From assembly GCA_019058275.1 (NCBI GenBank), contig JAHLVW010000108.1, positions 20,919-84,918 on the forward strand: a stretch of DNA of 64,000 nucleotides. Direction: 5' to 3'. Below are positions 30,730 to 40,693 of this stretch, piece after piece (positions within the stretch are counted from its first letter, which is position 1; every line of letters starts with the position of its first letter). Below the pieces are notes generated by a model. The model ran no database searches. It saw only the letters and a program-made list of their open reading frames with translations, and was not told the origin of the DNA. The position numbers and the translations under genes were made by a program. The DNA is from Candidatus Heimdallarchaeota archaeon. Its GTDB lineage: Archaea > Asgardarchaeota > Heimdallarchaeia > JABLTI01.

Positions 30730-32314
30730 GGCAATGGTGGGTTGATATCAAAATCTTTTTCCCATTCTACTTCATATTTGTAATAATTTTCTTCTCAGCA
30801 TCTGGTCTTACTTTTAGTTCCCAGGTGTAAATACCTAGTGTATCACTGACCGGTTCTACATTTGCAGTGAAACCCTTCACCTTGATTCTTTCTGATCTGG
30901 AGTAAGGAATTACATCCTTAATTGTTATTTGAGATGGTTCCTTTCGATAATTGCTTAAAACAAGCTCATACTCATAAGAGACAGCTCTCTTTCCTTTCAC
31001 TAAGCCAGCTTTCTCTTTTACTCGCTCTAAGAGTTTCTTCTTAGCAGTAATCTTCAGTTCTTCCCTTGCACCAAGCTTGAATTCCTCTCGAGGAGCTATT
31101 CTATTAATGTAGGTTTCACCTATAAATTCTCCATCTGCATATATTTTGGCATTTCCTCCAAGGATGACTGCATCACCATTTATGATTTTATCTTGAGCAA
31201 TTACACCAAGAGCATCAGATGCAGCCCAATAGAATTCTTTTTCAGATTTCAATTCATGGGTTGTTAGAGTAACTGGATGATTATTGCCATCAGAAGGAAT
31301 AGTCCATTTTCCTGATATCTCAAAGCTTTGGACACCAGATGGACTTTCTACGAGTTCTGCAGTAGGTTCAACCATAGGTTCCATACCATAATCAGCCAAT
31401 TCCATAGCTTCTTCTTTTTCTTGTAAAGCCATAGGAGCCATTTTCTTCGCTTTCAGGGATCTTCGTGGTGCAGGAGGTGGCCTATAAGGATCATAAATAT
31501 CTATGTAATATGGAGTGGGGTCTATGGCTCTAAGTGGTTTGAACACTGCAGTTGAAATTTCAAGTGAAACTTTAATCCAGTCTTCAAGAGTTCTATTTAC
31601 TATTTGAGCCATGCCCTTCAAAATAGCTTTATCAGTTTTAAGATCTACATCATAGCTAGGTTCCCAGCTAACACCAGTAGTTTGATATGAAAGTTCAAAA
31701 ATAAAAGGACCTGCTTGACTAACTTCTACAGCAATAGCAATTTCATATGTTTGTTCAACATGAGATTGATTGCGATACTCATTAATTTTGGCTTGCAAAG
31801 TGTTCAGTTTCTTTGTTACTTCTTCAATATCATTCTTGAGTTTCTGCACCCTTTTCATATACTCATCATTTCTTTTTGTTTCAAAAACAATAAACTCAGA
31901 AAGTGTTGCTAGTTGTGTTTCACCAGAAGCTAACCACTGTGGATATTCTTCTGAGAATCTCGAACTTAATACTTTCATTCGTTCGTTTTGATGGGTGGTA
32001 AATTCCAGTTGCTTTTGCAAGGATTGAAGATTTTTTTGTAATTTCTCTTCGTCTTGTAAGAGTTTGTTTAATACCTCGTGGGAAACTTCTTCTTGATAAA
32101 CAGTTTCTATATCAATTGCTCCTAACGAGCCTTTACCTTTCCCTGAAATCCTTACACTATCTTTGTACAGGTTTTTGGTTAAACCAGTAACACTTACTTG
32201 TTGAAATCCTTTTTTCAATTCAACTTTACCTGAGCGGAAAACTCTTGCTCCATCCAAGTAGACAACAACTCTATCAATTGTTGTTTTTAAAACAGTATAA
32301 TTTTTTTCAGTCAT
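30726..32314 (-). CDS. DUF4139/DUF4140 (mucoidy inhibitor MuiA-like) protein with a frameshift near the C-terminus
   Basis: IDRVVVYLDGARVFR, SWEPSYD, EDW..V.L.IST; the alternative frame after ~30785 gives YKYEVEWEKDFDINPPLP* overlapping the next start. Confidence 0.85.
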
Positions 32315-32471
32315 GAAATATCCCTTCTAATTTGATGTCTCAGCTAATACGCTTTCGGTCAAAAAACCTTTCGAAATAAGAATTCAAGTATAAGAAAAGT
32401 TTTAACTTTCAACAATAGGTTAATATAACCTATTTATTTATGCTAATCAGCATACAATTGTTGGTGTTAAG

Positions 32472-32942
32472 ATGGGAAATTTCATTGAGAAAAACTATCA
32501 GATACTATCAATAGCAGGATTCATAGTGATAGTTCTGGTAATTACAGGGGGACTAATCTTTGGTCCTTTTAATGAAATTCTACCTGAAACTTTGCGTGAG
32601 AAACTAGGTTATCCAGCAGAACATCCAAATTTGGAAACAGAAATTAACGTACAGTTAATTGTAGATTTTAATGGATTTCATGAAAACATCAATGAAACGA
32701 TTCTGTTTGGAATTAATCAAACAGCTACAGCTTACTCCATTTTAACTGTTGCAAATTTAACTGTAAAAGTAAGGGAATACAATAACGGGTATTATGTTGA
32801 AGCCATTGAAGGAATTGAAGAAAATTCCAATTATTCTTGGTTTTACAAAGTGGATGGGGAAGCTGGAGCTATTGCTTCAAACAGATATGATTTGCGTGCA
32901 AATAACACCACATTTGTTCAATGGATGTATCAAAGCTATTGA
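32472..32942 (+). CDS. DUF4430 domain membrane-anchored protein
   Basis: GYYVEAIEGI...WFYKVDG motif. Confidence 0.8.
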   Translation: MGNFIEKNYQILSIAGFIVIVLVITGGLIFGPFNEILPETLREKLGYPAEHPNLETEINVQLIVDFNGFHENINETILFGINQTATAYSILTVANLTVKVREYNNGYYVEAIEGIEENSNYSWFYKVDGEAGAIASNRYDLRANNTTFVQWMYQSY

Positions 32943-32951
32943 AAAGAAGGA

Positions 32952-33683
32952 TTGGAAGACATGTATAAATTGAAAAGAAAAACGATTATTGGAATATTAA
33001 CTCTAATCATTAGTGGTTCACTGTTTAGTTCTTTTATGGTGAATAATAACGTATCAGCTAGTTTTCCAGGTGATTTCTATCATGGAGAGAATTTCACGTG
33101 GAGTATTGATAACATTTCTGAAGGTGTGAATGTTTGGTATAATTTTACTAGTTATGATGATATTGCTAATTGGAATGCTACAACTAATGGCTTAATAACA
33201 TATGAAGTAACAAATTCTAAAATAATCAATGAAGAAGAGTATTTAGTAGGAAACTTAAATATTGGAAATTTATCACTTGTCACAGATAATAGAGATATTG
33301 GTATTAATTTAGCATTATCAGTTTATCCATGGTATGGTGGTTTAATATCATTAGAAGATGATTGGGATGGATTAGCTACTCTCATAAATACTATTGGTAC
33401 ATCTTCAATCTATACTGTTGAAGATGTAATTTTAGATCCACATATTGAAGCAAAGAAAATTACTTACAATGATGGTTTCCAACAAAGCGAGTTAGTTTAT
33501 GAGAATAATACTGGTATTTTGATGTCCACAAATACATCAGCAGGAAACTTTTGGTTACAAATGCATTTAACTCAATCATCAATTCCAATTCCCTCAGAAA
33601 CACAAAGCTTTCCTGTTTATTCAGCAATTATTATCTCGAGCATCTCATTTATCCTTGTCATACATCGACAAAAGAAAAAATAG
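32952..33683 (+). CDS. Secreted/surface protein with a C-terminal membrane anchor
   Basis: Signal peptide, many NxS/T sequons, C-terminal TM plus basic tail. Confidence 0.7.
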   Translation: MEDMYKLKRKTIIGILTLIISGSLFSSFMVNNNVSASFPGDFYHGENFTWSIDNISEGVNVWYNFTSYDDIANWNATTNGLITYEVTNSKIINEEEYLVGNLNIGNLSLVTDNRDIGINLALSVYPWYGGLISLEDDWDGLATLINTIGTSSIYTVEDVILDPHIEAKKITYNDGFQQSELVYENNTGILMSTNTSAGNFWLQMHLTQSSIPIPSETQSFPVYSAIIISSISFILVIHRQKKK

Positions 33684-34386
33684 TACCATCAAACAAATAG
33701 GAAGACTGCAAGTGAAAAGTAATTCAAGTCTTAGTGAAAAGCAATCTTCAGAACCTATTGCTAATGATGTTGCAGTTGAAACTAAAATACAAGAAGCAGA
33801 TGATTTACCTTTCACAGAATTAAGACTTGATGAATATACGCCAAAAAAAGCAACTCTAAAAGTTGCCTTACTAGCAATCTTTACAGCACTGGGTCCAGCA
33901 TTATCCATTTCCTTTATTTGGTTTCCTTATTTTGAATTAATGACATTAACAATTTTCATTGCTGGAATAGTACTTGGTTTCCTTTATGGTTCAGCTGTTG
34001 CATTGCTTTCAGCAACATTATATGAAATAATATCAATGGTTGCTATTGGTCCAGGATTCGTTGTTTTTCCATTCAAATTGATTGTTTACCTTTTGATCGC
34101 TTTAATTGGAGCATTCATCGGGAAAACAACGCCTACTAAAACAACTTACTTCTGGAGATTCTTTTTAGGAGTTACTGGAGGACTTCTAACTGTTCTTTAT
34201 GATTTGGTAGTTAATATTGGAATGGTGCTTTTTTTGGAACTAACATTTACAAGCTACTTTATTGTCTTATTAACAGGATTGCCTGTAACAGCTGCTAAAG
34301 TCGGAGTGAATATAACACTATTTGCTTTCATCCCAGACATCCTGAATAGAGCTTTGTCTCCTTTGTTGCTTCGAGTAGAAGGATAA
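33655..34386 (+). CDS. ECF transporter S component
   Basis: VALLAIFTAL...P.FEL..IFIAG..LG..YG; about six TM helices; start probably near 33712. Confidence 0.75.
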   Translation: MSYIDKRKNSTIKQIGRLQVKSNSSLSEKQSSEPIANDVAVETKIQEADDLPFTELRLDEYTPKKATLKVALLAIFTALGPALSISFIWFPYFELMTLTIFIAGIVLGFLYGSAVALLSATLYEIISMVAIGPGFVVFPFKLIVYLLIALIGAFIGKTTPTKTTYFWRFFLGVTGGLLTVLYDLVVNIGMVLFLELTFTSYFIVLLTGLPVTAAKVGVNITLFAFIPDILNRALSPLLLRVEG

Positions 34387-34700
34387 GATTTGAGTTCCAA
34401 CATTTTTTGATTGATGATTGTTTGCTGATCCAAATACGAATCTGAATTTTTGAAAGCAAGAAGATAAAATAATACAATGTATAGTAGAAAATTACTCAAA
34501 AAAGCAATCCAATGATAAAAAAGGAAAGAATGAAAACTATTTTAAAGTTAAATTAGATATTTAGTTAATACTTAAAAATAGAAAACTTATCTTGATTATT
34601 GCTTTAAAGGCAATTTTCAAATATTAATTAAAACAATAACAATTGTTTAATATTTATAGATAAAGAAAATAATGGCGGAATTTGTTTCGGAGACAGAAAA

Positions 34701-35858
34701 ATGAGCGATTTATCATTTGAAGAAGAGATGCGCCCTCCAGAAGAAGAAGGCATTTTACTTGATGTCCGTGGCATCAGAACTTATTTCTTTACAGAAGAAG
34801 GCATTGTAAAAGCACTTGAGAATGTCGGTTATAAAGTATATGAATCAAAAACACTTGGTATTGTAGGCGAATCTGGTTGTGGTAAATCAGTCAGTGCCCT
34901 TTCCGTTATGGGTATTGTACCCGACCCCCCTGGAAAAATTATTGAAGGTGAAGTTTGGTTCAGAGGAGAAGATTTGAGAAAGAAATCAGATGCTGAAATG
35001 AGAACCATTCGTGGTAACAAAATAGCTATGATTTTCCAAGATCCTATGACCTCTCTTAATCCCGTTCTCACAGTAGGAGATCAAATCATGGAAGCTATTA
35101 GACTACACCAAGAAGTAGATCTTCAAACTGCAAGAGAAAATTCTATCAAGATTATGGACCTGGTAGGTATCCCGAGTGCTGCTGATAGAATTGATGATTA
35201 TCCATTTATGTTCTCTGGAGGTATGAGGCAAAGAGTTATGATTGCTATGGCTCTCTCATGCAACCCAGAATTACTTATTGCTGATGAACCAACAACTGCT
35301 TTGGATGTAACTATTCAAGCACAAATTTTGAACATTTTCAAAGCTATTCGTAATGAGTTTAACATGTCAATCATGCTTATTACTCACGATCTTGGTGTTA
35401 TTGCAGAACTTTGCGATTACACGACAGTTATGTATGCAGGATACATTGTTGAATACGCTACTACTATTGAGTTATATAAGAATCCAATGCATCCTTACAC
35501 TATTGCCCTACTTGGAGCAATTCCAAAACCAGAAACACGAAAGGATGATGACTTAACAATCATTCCTGGATCTATTCCAAACCTAATAGAGCCACCTGCA
35601 GGATGTCGTTTCCATCCAAGGTGTACACATACAATGGAACAATGTAAAACAGATATTCCACTGATAAGGCAAGTTGCCCCACATCATACTGTCAGATGTC
35701 ACCTCTTCAATAAATATCCAGTTGCTGAGGTAGAAGAGTACACTGCTAAACTGCGCGAGATCTATCATGAAGACCAATTACAAGCAATCGAAGATAGAAA
35801 ATTCGATAATCGTATGAGAAAGCTCATTAATCGCTTTAAAAGAGAAAAGCAAGAATGA
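34701..35858 (+). CDS. dppD: Oligopeptide/dipeptide ABC transporter ATP-binding subunit
   Basis: [46 protein letters not shown]. Confidence 0.93.
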   Translation: MSDLSFEEEMRPPEEEGILLDVRGIRTYFFTEEGIVKALENVGYKVYESKTLGIVGESGCGKSVSALSVMGIVPDPPGKIIEGEVWFRGEDLRKKSDAEMRTIRGNKIAMIFQDPMTSLNPVLTVGDQIMEAIRLHQEVDLQTARENSIKIMDLVGIPSAADRIDDYPFMFSGGMRQRVMIAMALSCNPELLIADEPTTALDVTIQAQILNIFKAIRNEFNMSIMLITHDLGVIAELCDYTTVMYAGYIVEYATTIELYKNPMHPYTIALLGAIPKPETRKDDDLTIIPGSIPNLIEPPAGCRFHPRCTHTMEQCKTDIPLIRQVAPHHTVRCHLFNKYPVAEVEEYTAKLREIYHEDQLQAIEDRKFDNRMRKLINRFKREKQE

Positions 35859-36009
35859 AAATGATAGTAAGCTAATTTTTTAGCTCATCATTTTCCTTTA
35901 TTCCGCCTTAAAATTCTTTATTAAAAACAGCTGGTTTTATGCGAAAAAGTTAATTGCTACTTATGTCATACTATTTGAAAACGTAAATTAGAAATAATCT
36001 AAAAAGAAG

Positions 36010-36219
36010 ATGGTTAAAAACATGGTTAAAATACCTCGGGTGAATCGCTATGAGTGTGCTGGATGTTCACTATGCGTTATTGCATTACCTGAAGTATTTA
36101 GGTTAACACCAGATGGTTTTTCCGAAGTTTATGCTCCAAATAGCGCAAACAATGATGAGGTTCAGAAGGTTATTGATGACTGTCCTGTTAATTGCGTTCA
36201 TTGGTTTGATAAAAATTAA
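36010..36219 (+). CDS. Single-cluster ferredoxin
   Basis: CAGCSLC...P.VF...CPVNC. Confidence 0.88.
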   Translation: MVKNMVKIPRVNRYECAGCSLCVIALPEVFRLTPDGFSEVYAPNSANNDEVQKVIDDCPVNCVHWFDKN

Positions 36220-36290
36220 GTAGCTTAATTTGACTTTTTATACAGCAAAATATCAAAGTTATTTTTATAAGAAAAAGAAATGAAAGGATA

Positions 36291-36590
36291 TTACCCAGTT
36301 CTTAAGATTATATGATAGCCAAATTTGGTTTTTACAAGACCAGATAATTTACCCTTTTCTAAAGCAAAAGCAGCTTTTTCGAATTCTTTAACCATCTGTC
36401 CACGACCAAATTCACCTAAATTTCCACCTTTTTTCTTTGAAGGGCAAATGGAATTTTCTCTAGCTAATTTCGAAAAGAGGTTAGGTAATTGTTTTGGGTT
36501 TGTGGACTTTAGCTGATTTAACAGTTCTTCAGCCTTAGAGTGCTTTTCTACTAGTATATGTGAGGTTTTTATTTTACTCATAACTATCAA
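36291..36590 (-). CDS. ppiC: Parvulin-type peptidyl-prolyl isomerase
   Basis: SHILV, S.CPS.KKGGNLG.FGRGQMVKEFE, KTKFGYHII. Confidence 0.95.
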   Translation of the reverse strand: MIVMSKIKTSHILVEKHSKAEELLNQLKSTNPKQLPNLFSKLARENSICPSKKKGGNLGEFGRGQMVKEFEKAAFALEKGKLSGLVKTKFGYHIILRTG

Positions 36591-36664
36591 TCCAATGATT
36601 TGTTTTGAGATAAAAAATCTCTAGTTTACATCTGTTACTCAGAAAGAATTGCTTTAATAATCTA

Positions 36665-36689
36665 TTCGTAAATTTCTGTAATTTACGAA
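36665..36689. promoter_or_regulatory. Palindrome in the divergent ppiC/hypE intergenic region
   Basis: TTCGTAAATT-n5-AATTTACGAA, perfect 10-bp inverted repeat. Confidence 0.4.
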
Positions 36690-36769
36690 AGTAAGGAAAA
36701 CACTAATTATTCTAAATTTTCTGTGTTAGCTAACCTCAAAATTCATTTGTGGAGATAGCTAGCTAGTAG

Positions 36770-37804
36770 ATGATGAAGATGAAACCCGAATTTGTTGAGA
36801 TAGCCCATGGTGCTGGTGGTACCAAAATGGACGAGCTTCTCGAAATAGTGATGAAGAATATAACATTGCGAAACATTGGCAATGGTATAGGGCTAGATGA
36901 AAAAGATGATGGAGCAACAATAGAAATTGGCAAAAAGCGTATAGTTACTTCTATTGATGGACATACAGTACATCCAATTTTCTTCCCTGGAGGAGATCTC
37001 GGACAATTAGCGATAACAGGTACAATAAATGATATTAGCGTTATGGGAGGCAAACCTTTAGCTATTTTATCCAGTATAATTATTGAAGAAGGATTTCCAA
37101 TTGATAATTTAATAAAAATTGTTGATTCTATTGCTGTTACAGCTGAAGAAAATAACGTGGCTATCATTGCAGGTGATACTAAGGTGATGCCTAGAGGAAC
37201 TTTGGATCAAATGATTGTTGTAACTGCGGGTATAGGCATTATCGAATCTGAGGAATTGGATATTCGAGATTCAAACCTAAAACCGGGTCATAAGATTATT
37301 ATTTCTGGAACCGTTGGTGATCATGGCATTGCGTTAATGGCAGGAAGAGAAGGAATTTCTTTTGAAACAGAACTTGTCTCAGATGTCGCTTCAGTTCATG
37401 ATATAGTTAATGCAGCATTACAAGTAGGAGGTATAGTTGCAATGAAAGATCCTACTCGTGGTGGTTTAGCATCAGCTTTAAATGAATTTGCTGAAAAGTC
37501 CAACGTTAGTCTATGGTTAGAAGATGAGAAAATACCAATCGATCCAGCAGTAAATGCTGCAAGTGAAATGTTAGGGTTAGAACCTCTTGGAGTAACTTGT
37601 GAAGGAAGAGTCCTTTTTGGTGTAGAAAATGATAAAGCTCAAGAGGTATTAAAGGCTATTAAAAAGCTACCAAATGGTAAAAACGCTGAAATAATAGGAG
37701 AGGTAAAAGCTGATAGACCTGGATATGTTCTATCAAAGACCATTGTTGGCGGACATAGAATTATTGAGAAACCATTTGGAGAACAAATACCAAGAGTGTG
37801 TTAA
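36770..37804 (+). CDS. hypE: Hydrogenase maturation protein HypE
   Basis: AHGAGG, FFPGGDLG, GDTKV, DPTRGG, terminal PRVC. Confidence 0.96.
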   Translation: MMKMKPEFVEIAHGAGGTKMDELLEIVMKNITLRNIGNGIGLDEKDDGATIEIGKKRIVTSIDGHTVHPIFFPGGDLGQLAITGTINDISVMGGKPLAILSSIIIEEGFPIDNLIKIVDSIAVTAEENNVAIIAGDTKVMPRGTLDQMIVVTAGIGIIESEELDIRDSNLKPGHKIIISGTVGDHGIALMAGREGISFETELVSDVASVHDIVNAALQVGGIVAMKDPTRGGLASALNEFAEKSNVSLWLEDEKIPIDPAVNAASEMLGLEPLGVTCEGRVLFGVENDKAQEVLKAIKKLPNGKNAEIIGEVKADRPGYVLSKTIVGGHRIIEKPFGEQIPRVC

Positions 37805-37961
37805 AACTAAGATTTTAGGATTAGATTAATAGAAGAGACAAATCCTAAATATAGTAGAGAGAAAAGATAATCATAAAAAGTCTTTTTAATACACATATTA
37901 TTGATTAATGTTAATAACCAAAGCAATCTAATGTTCAAATTATACAATAGGAGGAAGCAAT

Positions 37962-38804
37962 TTGAAAGTATCAGATGTAATGACTGTAAATCCAGTATGT
38001 GTAAAAGTACCAGGTACAAGAGAAGATCTGTTTGAACTAATTCGAAAAACAAATCTCACAAGTTTCCCTGTAATAAAGGGTGAAACAAATGAATTAATTG
38101 GCATTGTAACAGAAACTGATATAGTAAATAAGCCTTCAGAAACACAACTTGCACTTTTGATGACTAAAAATCCAATAACTGTTGCACCAAAGGATCTTAT
38201 TGCAAATGTAGTCAAAATTCTTTCCGAAAATAATTTTCGTCAATTGCCTGTTGTTAAAGTAAAGAAGGTAGCTGGGATGATAACAATTGGTGATATAATT
38301 GCCAAAGTAATTGCTTTAGCTTCCTCTGATAAAACAATAAACGAGTACATGACCAGCAATGTTTTATGCTTATGGCAAGAAACACCTTTATCAGTTAGTC
38401 AGAGAATTATGGAATTTGCTGGTTCAGAAGCAGCCATGATTTTTGATGATAAAGCAAACATGATAGGCATTGTCACAATGATTGATTTTGTTAAATTCTT
38501 TGATTCCACAAACAGTGAAAAACGTAGTGAAATGACTGCTGGAGAAGGTAAAGAAGGTAGTTGGGATGCTGTCTCAACAATTATTATTCATACAAAAGAC
38601 CTCACCTTACCAAATGTTCCTGTAAAAGAAATCATGACAAAGGATGTTATAACTACCTTTAGCAAAGCTACTATAAGCGATGTGGCTAAGAAAATGCATC
38701 GAATGGAGCTTTATCAAATGCCAGTAGTTAATGCCAAAGGAGAATTTGTTGGATTAATTCGTGATTTTGATTTGCTAAAAGCCTATGTTGAGATGAGTGA
38801 ATAA
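37962..38804 (+). CDS. CBS domain protein (four CBS repeats)
   Basis: Repeated V..VMT..P / LPVV...GI.T..D motifs. Confidence 0.92.
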   Translation: MKVSDVMTVNPVCVKVPGTREDLFELIRKTNLTSFPVIKGETNELIGIVTETDIVNKPSETQLALLMTKNPITVAPKDLIANVVKILSENNFRQLPVVKVKKVAGMITIGDIIAKVIALASSDKTINEYMTSNVLCLWQETPLSVSQRIMEFAGSEAAMIFDDKANMIGIVTMIDFVKFFDSTNSEKRSEMTAGEGKEGSWDAVSTIIIHTKDLTLPNVPVKEIMTKDVITTFSKATISDVAKKMHRMELYQMPVVNAKGEFVGLIRDFDLLKAYVEMSE

Positions 38805-38945
38805 AATCTTTAAACATCCTCAATTCTTTTTATTTTACGCTGTTTTTCTATTAAAATCTCAGAGAATAACAGAAAAAGATATATTTCTTAAGGGTGATGA
38901 AACCTCTATCACAATATATACATTGACTACAAAGGTGATCTAATA

Positions 38946-39236
38946 TTGTCCAAAAGCAAAGCAACCGGTAGCGTTGTCTTCATAGGGTCTAAGCCCGTTA
39001 TGTCATATGTCCTTGCGTGCATTACCCAGCTCAACGAAGGCAACCAAAAACTAATCTTAAAAGCTCGTGGAAGGGCAATCAGTCGTGCTGTTGATACTGC
39101 TGAAATTATACGACATCGTTTTGTTACTGATGCAGTTATCAAAGAGATTAAAATCAGTACAGAACAGATTGAACGAAGTGAAGGCGGCACAGCCAACGTC
39201 TCCGCAATAGAGATAACCATAAGCAAAAAGAAATAA
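38946..39236 (+). CDS. albA: DNA/RNA-binding protein Alba
   Basis: [30 protein letters not shown]. Confidence 0.97.
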   Translation: MSKSKATGSVVFIGSKPVMSYVLACITQLNEGNQKLILKARGRAISRAVDTAEIIRHRFVTDAVIKEIKISTEQIERSEGGTANVSAIEITISKKK

Positions 39237-39247
39237 GCTTCACCGCT

Positions 39248-39297
39248 AAACACAGTTGACATTCGACCGTGTGTTTAATTCTTTTTCTTTTTTTTTC
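39248..39297 (+). terminator. Hairpin plus T-tract after alba
   Basis: TAAACACA...TGTGTTTA stem followed by a long poly-T. Confidence 0.5.
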
Positions 39298-39301
39298 TGA
39301 A

Positions 39302-40576
39302 TTATTTATCAAGTAAATCGTCAACGCTGCTAATAATTAAAGGAACTACTAACTCATCTCTCCCTAAAGAACCATGAGTTGCATTTAATCCTAAATTATA
39401 AACTTGATCGAAATCACCCGAATGACCAAAAAAGATTGAAGCGTTTTCCCCGAGAATTATCTGAACATCACCAATTCTTTCTATGACTTCTAGACTGTCT
39501 GCACCCTTCCCCATGAGTTTAGGATATTCTTTTGGTGTAACAACAATTCCTTTATTGCCTATTTTCTCACTGAACCAATCAACAACTTCATCATGTTTTC
39601 CATCTTGCGAATACAAATGTATTACTCTACCACTTCTACCTCGAGTTTTCAGAAGATCATATAATTCTTCCTCGTCTTCAGATGAAACAACAACCTTTTG
39701 ATCTTCGATTAAATTCTCTTGTCCATGATCAGCCATTATTATCACTGCTGTTTTTGATGCTATTTTTGAATCAAGTCTCTCAAGCATTTTGAATAGAAGT
39801 TGCTCAACATTTTCAACTTCATCTCTAAATACTTGGCTATTAGTTGTATAACGGTGAGATATGGCATCAATGGAACCTATGTAAATATCCAAGAGTCTTC
39901 TAGCTGATGTTGATGTTTCAAGAATTCTTTGAGCAGCAGCAAAACAATCAACATAGCTTGAATAACCCATTGAAATTGGCTTTTTATAAAGGAGATGGGA
40001 TAAACCACTGTTAGCAATATGAGCATCTATTAGACCTACATGACTGATACTTGGATCATTGGCAATTGGAAAATCACACCATAACCAATTCTTGACATTA
40101 ATACCAATACTTGGCAAATCAGTAATACTATTTTTTGTTCTTAATGTCAATGTATCAACAACAGTATCGATTTCAGCAAATCTGATTTTCTGACCAACAA
40201 TGCCATGATTAATTGGCATTTCACCAAATCGCAAGGAAGCAATACATGTGCTAGTTATTGTTGGAAAAACAGATGAAAGAGTCAACCCATTCGAATCAAA
40301 ATTTTTTTTCATCAAATTAGAATAATTCAAAAATTGATCAATACCTAAAGCATCTAGAACAATGAATAAGATATTAGAAATCTCTTTTTCTTGGAGTTTT
40401 CGCCAAGCTTCTTTTTTACTTAGATGGTCTATGAGAACTTTGTTTTTTGGATATTTTCGACCAAATAGAGTTAAAGCTGTAGGAAGAATCTTTGAAATAT
40501 TCAAATCCAAATCTGGATAAAAAAGATCAGTTCTACCTTGAATCGGTTTTAAAGGAAAAGATTCTTCAAACAACAT
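39302..40576 (-). CDS. Alkaline phosphatase superfamily (nucleotide pyrophosphatase/phosphodiesterase) protein
   Basis: VLDALG, SVFPTIT, D..SH, ADHG, HGSL..E..VP. Confidence 0.88.
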   Translation of the reverse strand: MLFEESFPLKPIQGRTDLFYPDLDLNISKILPTALTLFGRKYPKNKVLIDHLSKKEAWRKLQEKEISNILFIVLDALGIDQFLNYSNLMKKNFDSNGLTLSSVFPTITSTCIASLRFGEMPINHGIVGQKIRFAEIDTVVDTLTLRTKNSITDLPSIGINVKNWLWCDFPIANDPSISHVGLIDAHIANSGLSHLLYKKPISMGYSSYVDCFAAAQRILETSTSARRLLDIYIGSIDAISHRYTTNSQVFRDEVENVEQLLFKMLERLDSKIASKTAVIIMADHGQENLIEDQKVVVSSEDEEELYDLLKTRGRSGRVIHLYSQDGKHDEVVDWFSEKIGNKGIVVTPKEYPKLMGKGADSLEVIERIGDVQIILGENASIFFGHSGDFDQVYNLGLNATHGSLGRDELVVPLIISSVDDLLDK

Positions 40577-40693
40577 AATTCACATCAATAGGCATTAGAA
40601 TAAAGAATTCATACTCTTTATTCAATTTTTTCCCAAAAATTTGGAATGATTTTCAAATAATCTTTAATAAGCAATATTCTTTTCTAATACTTC

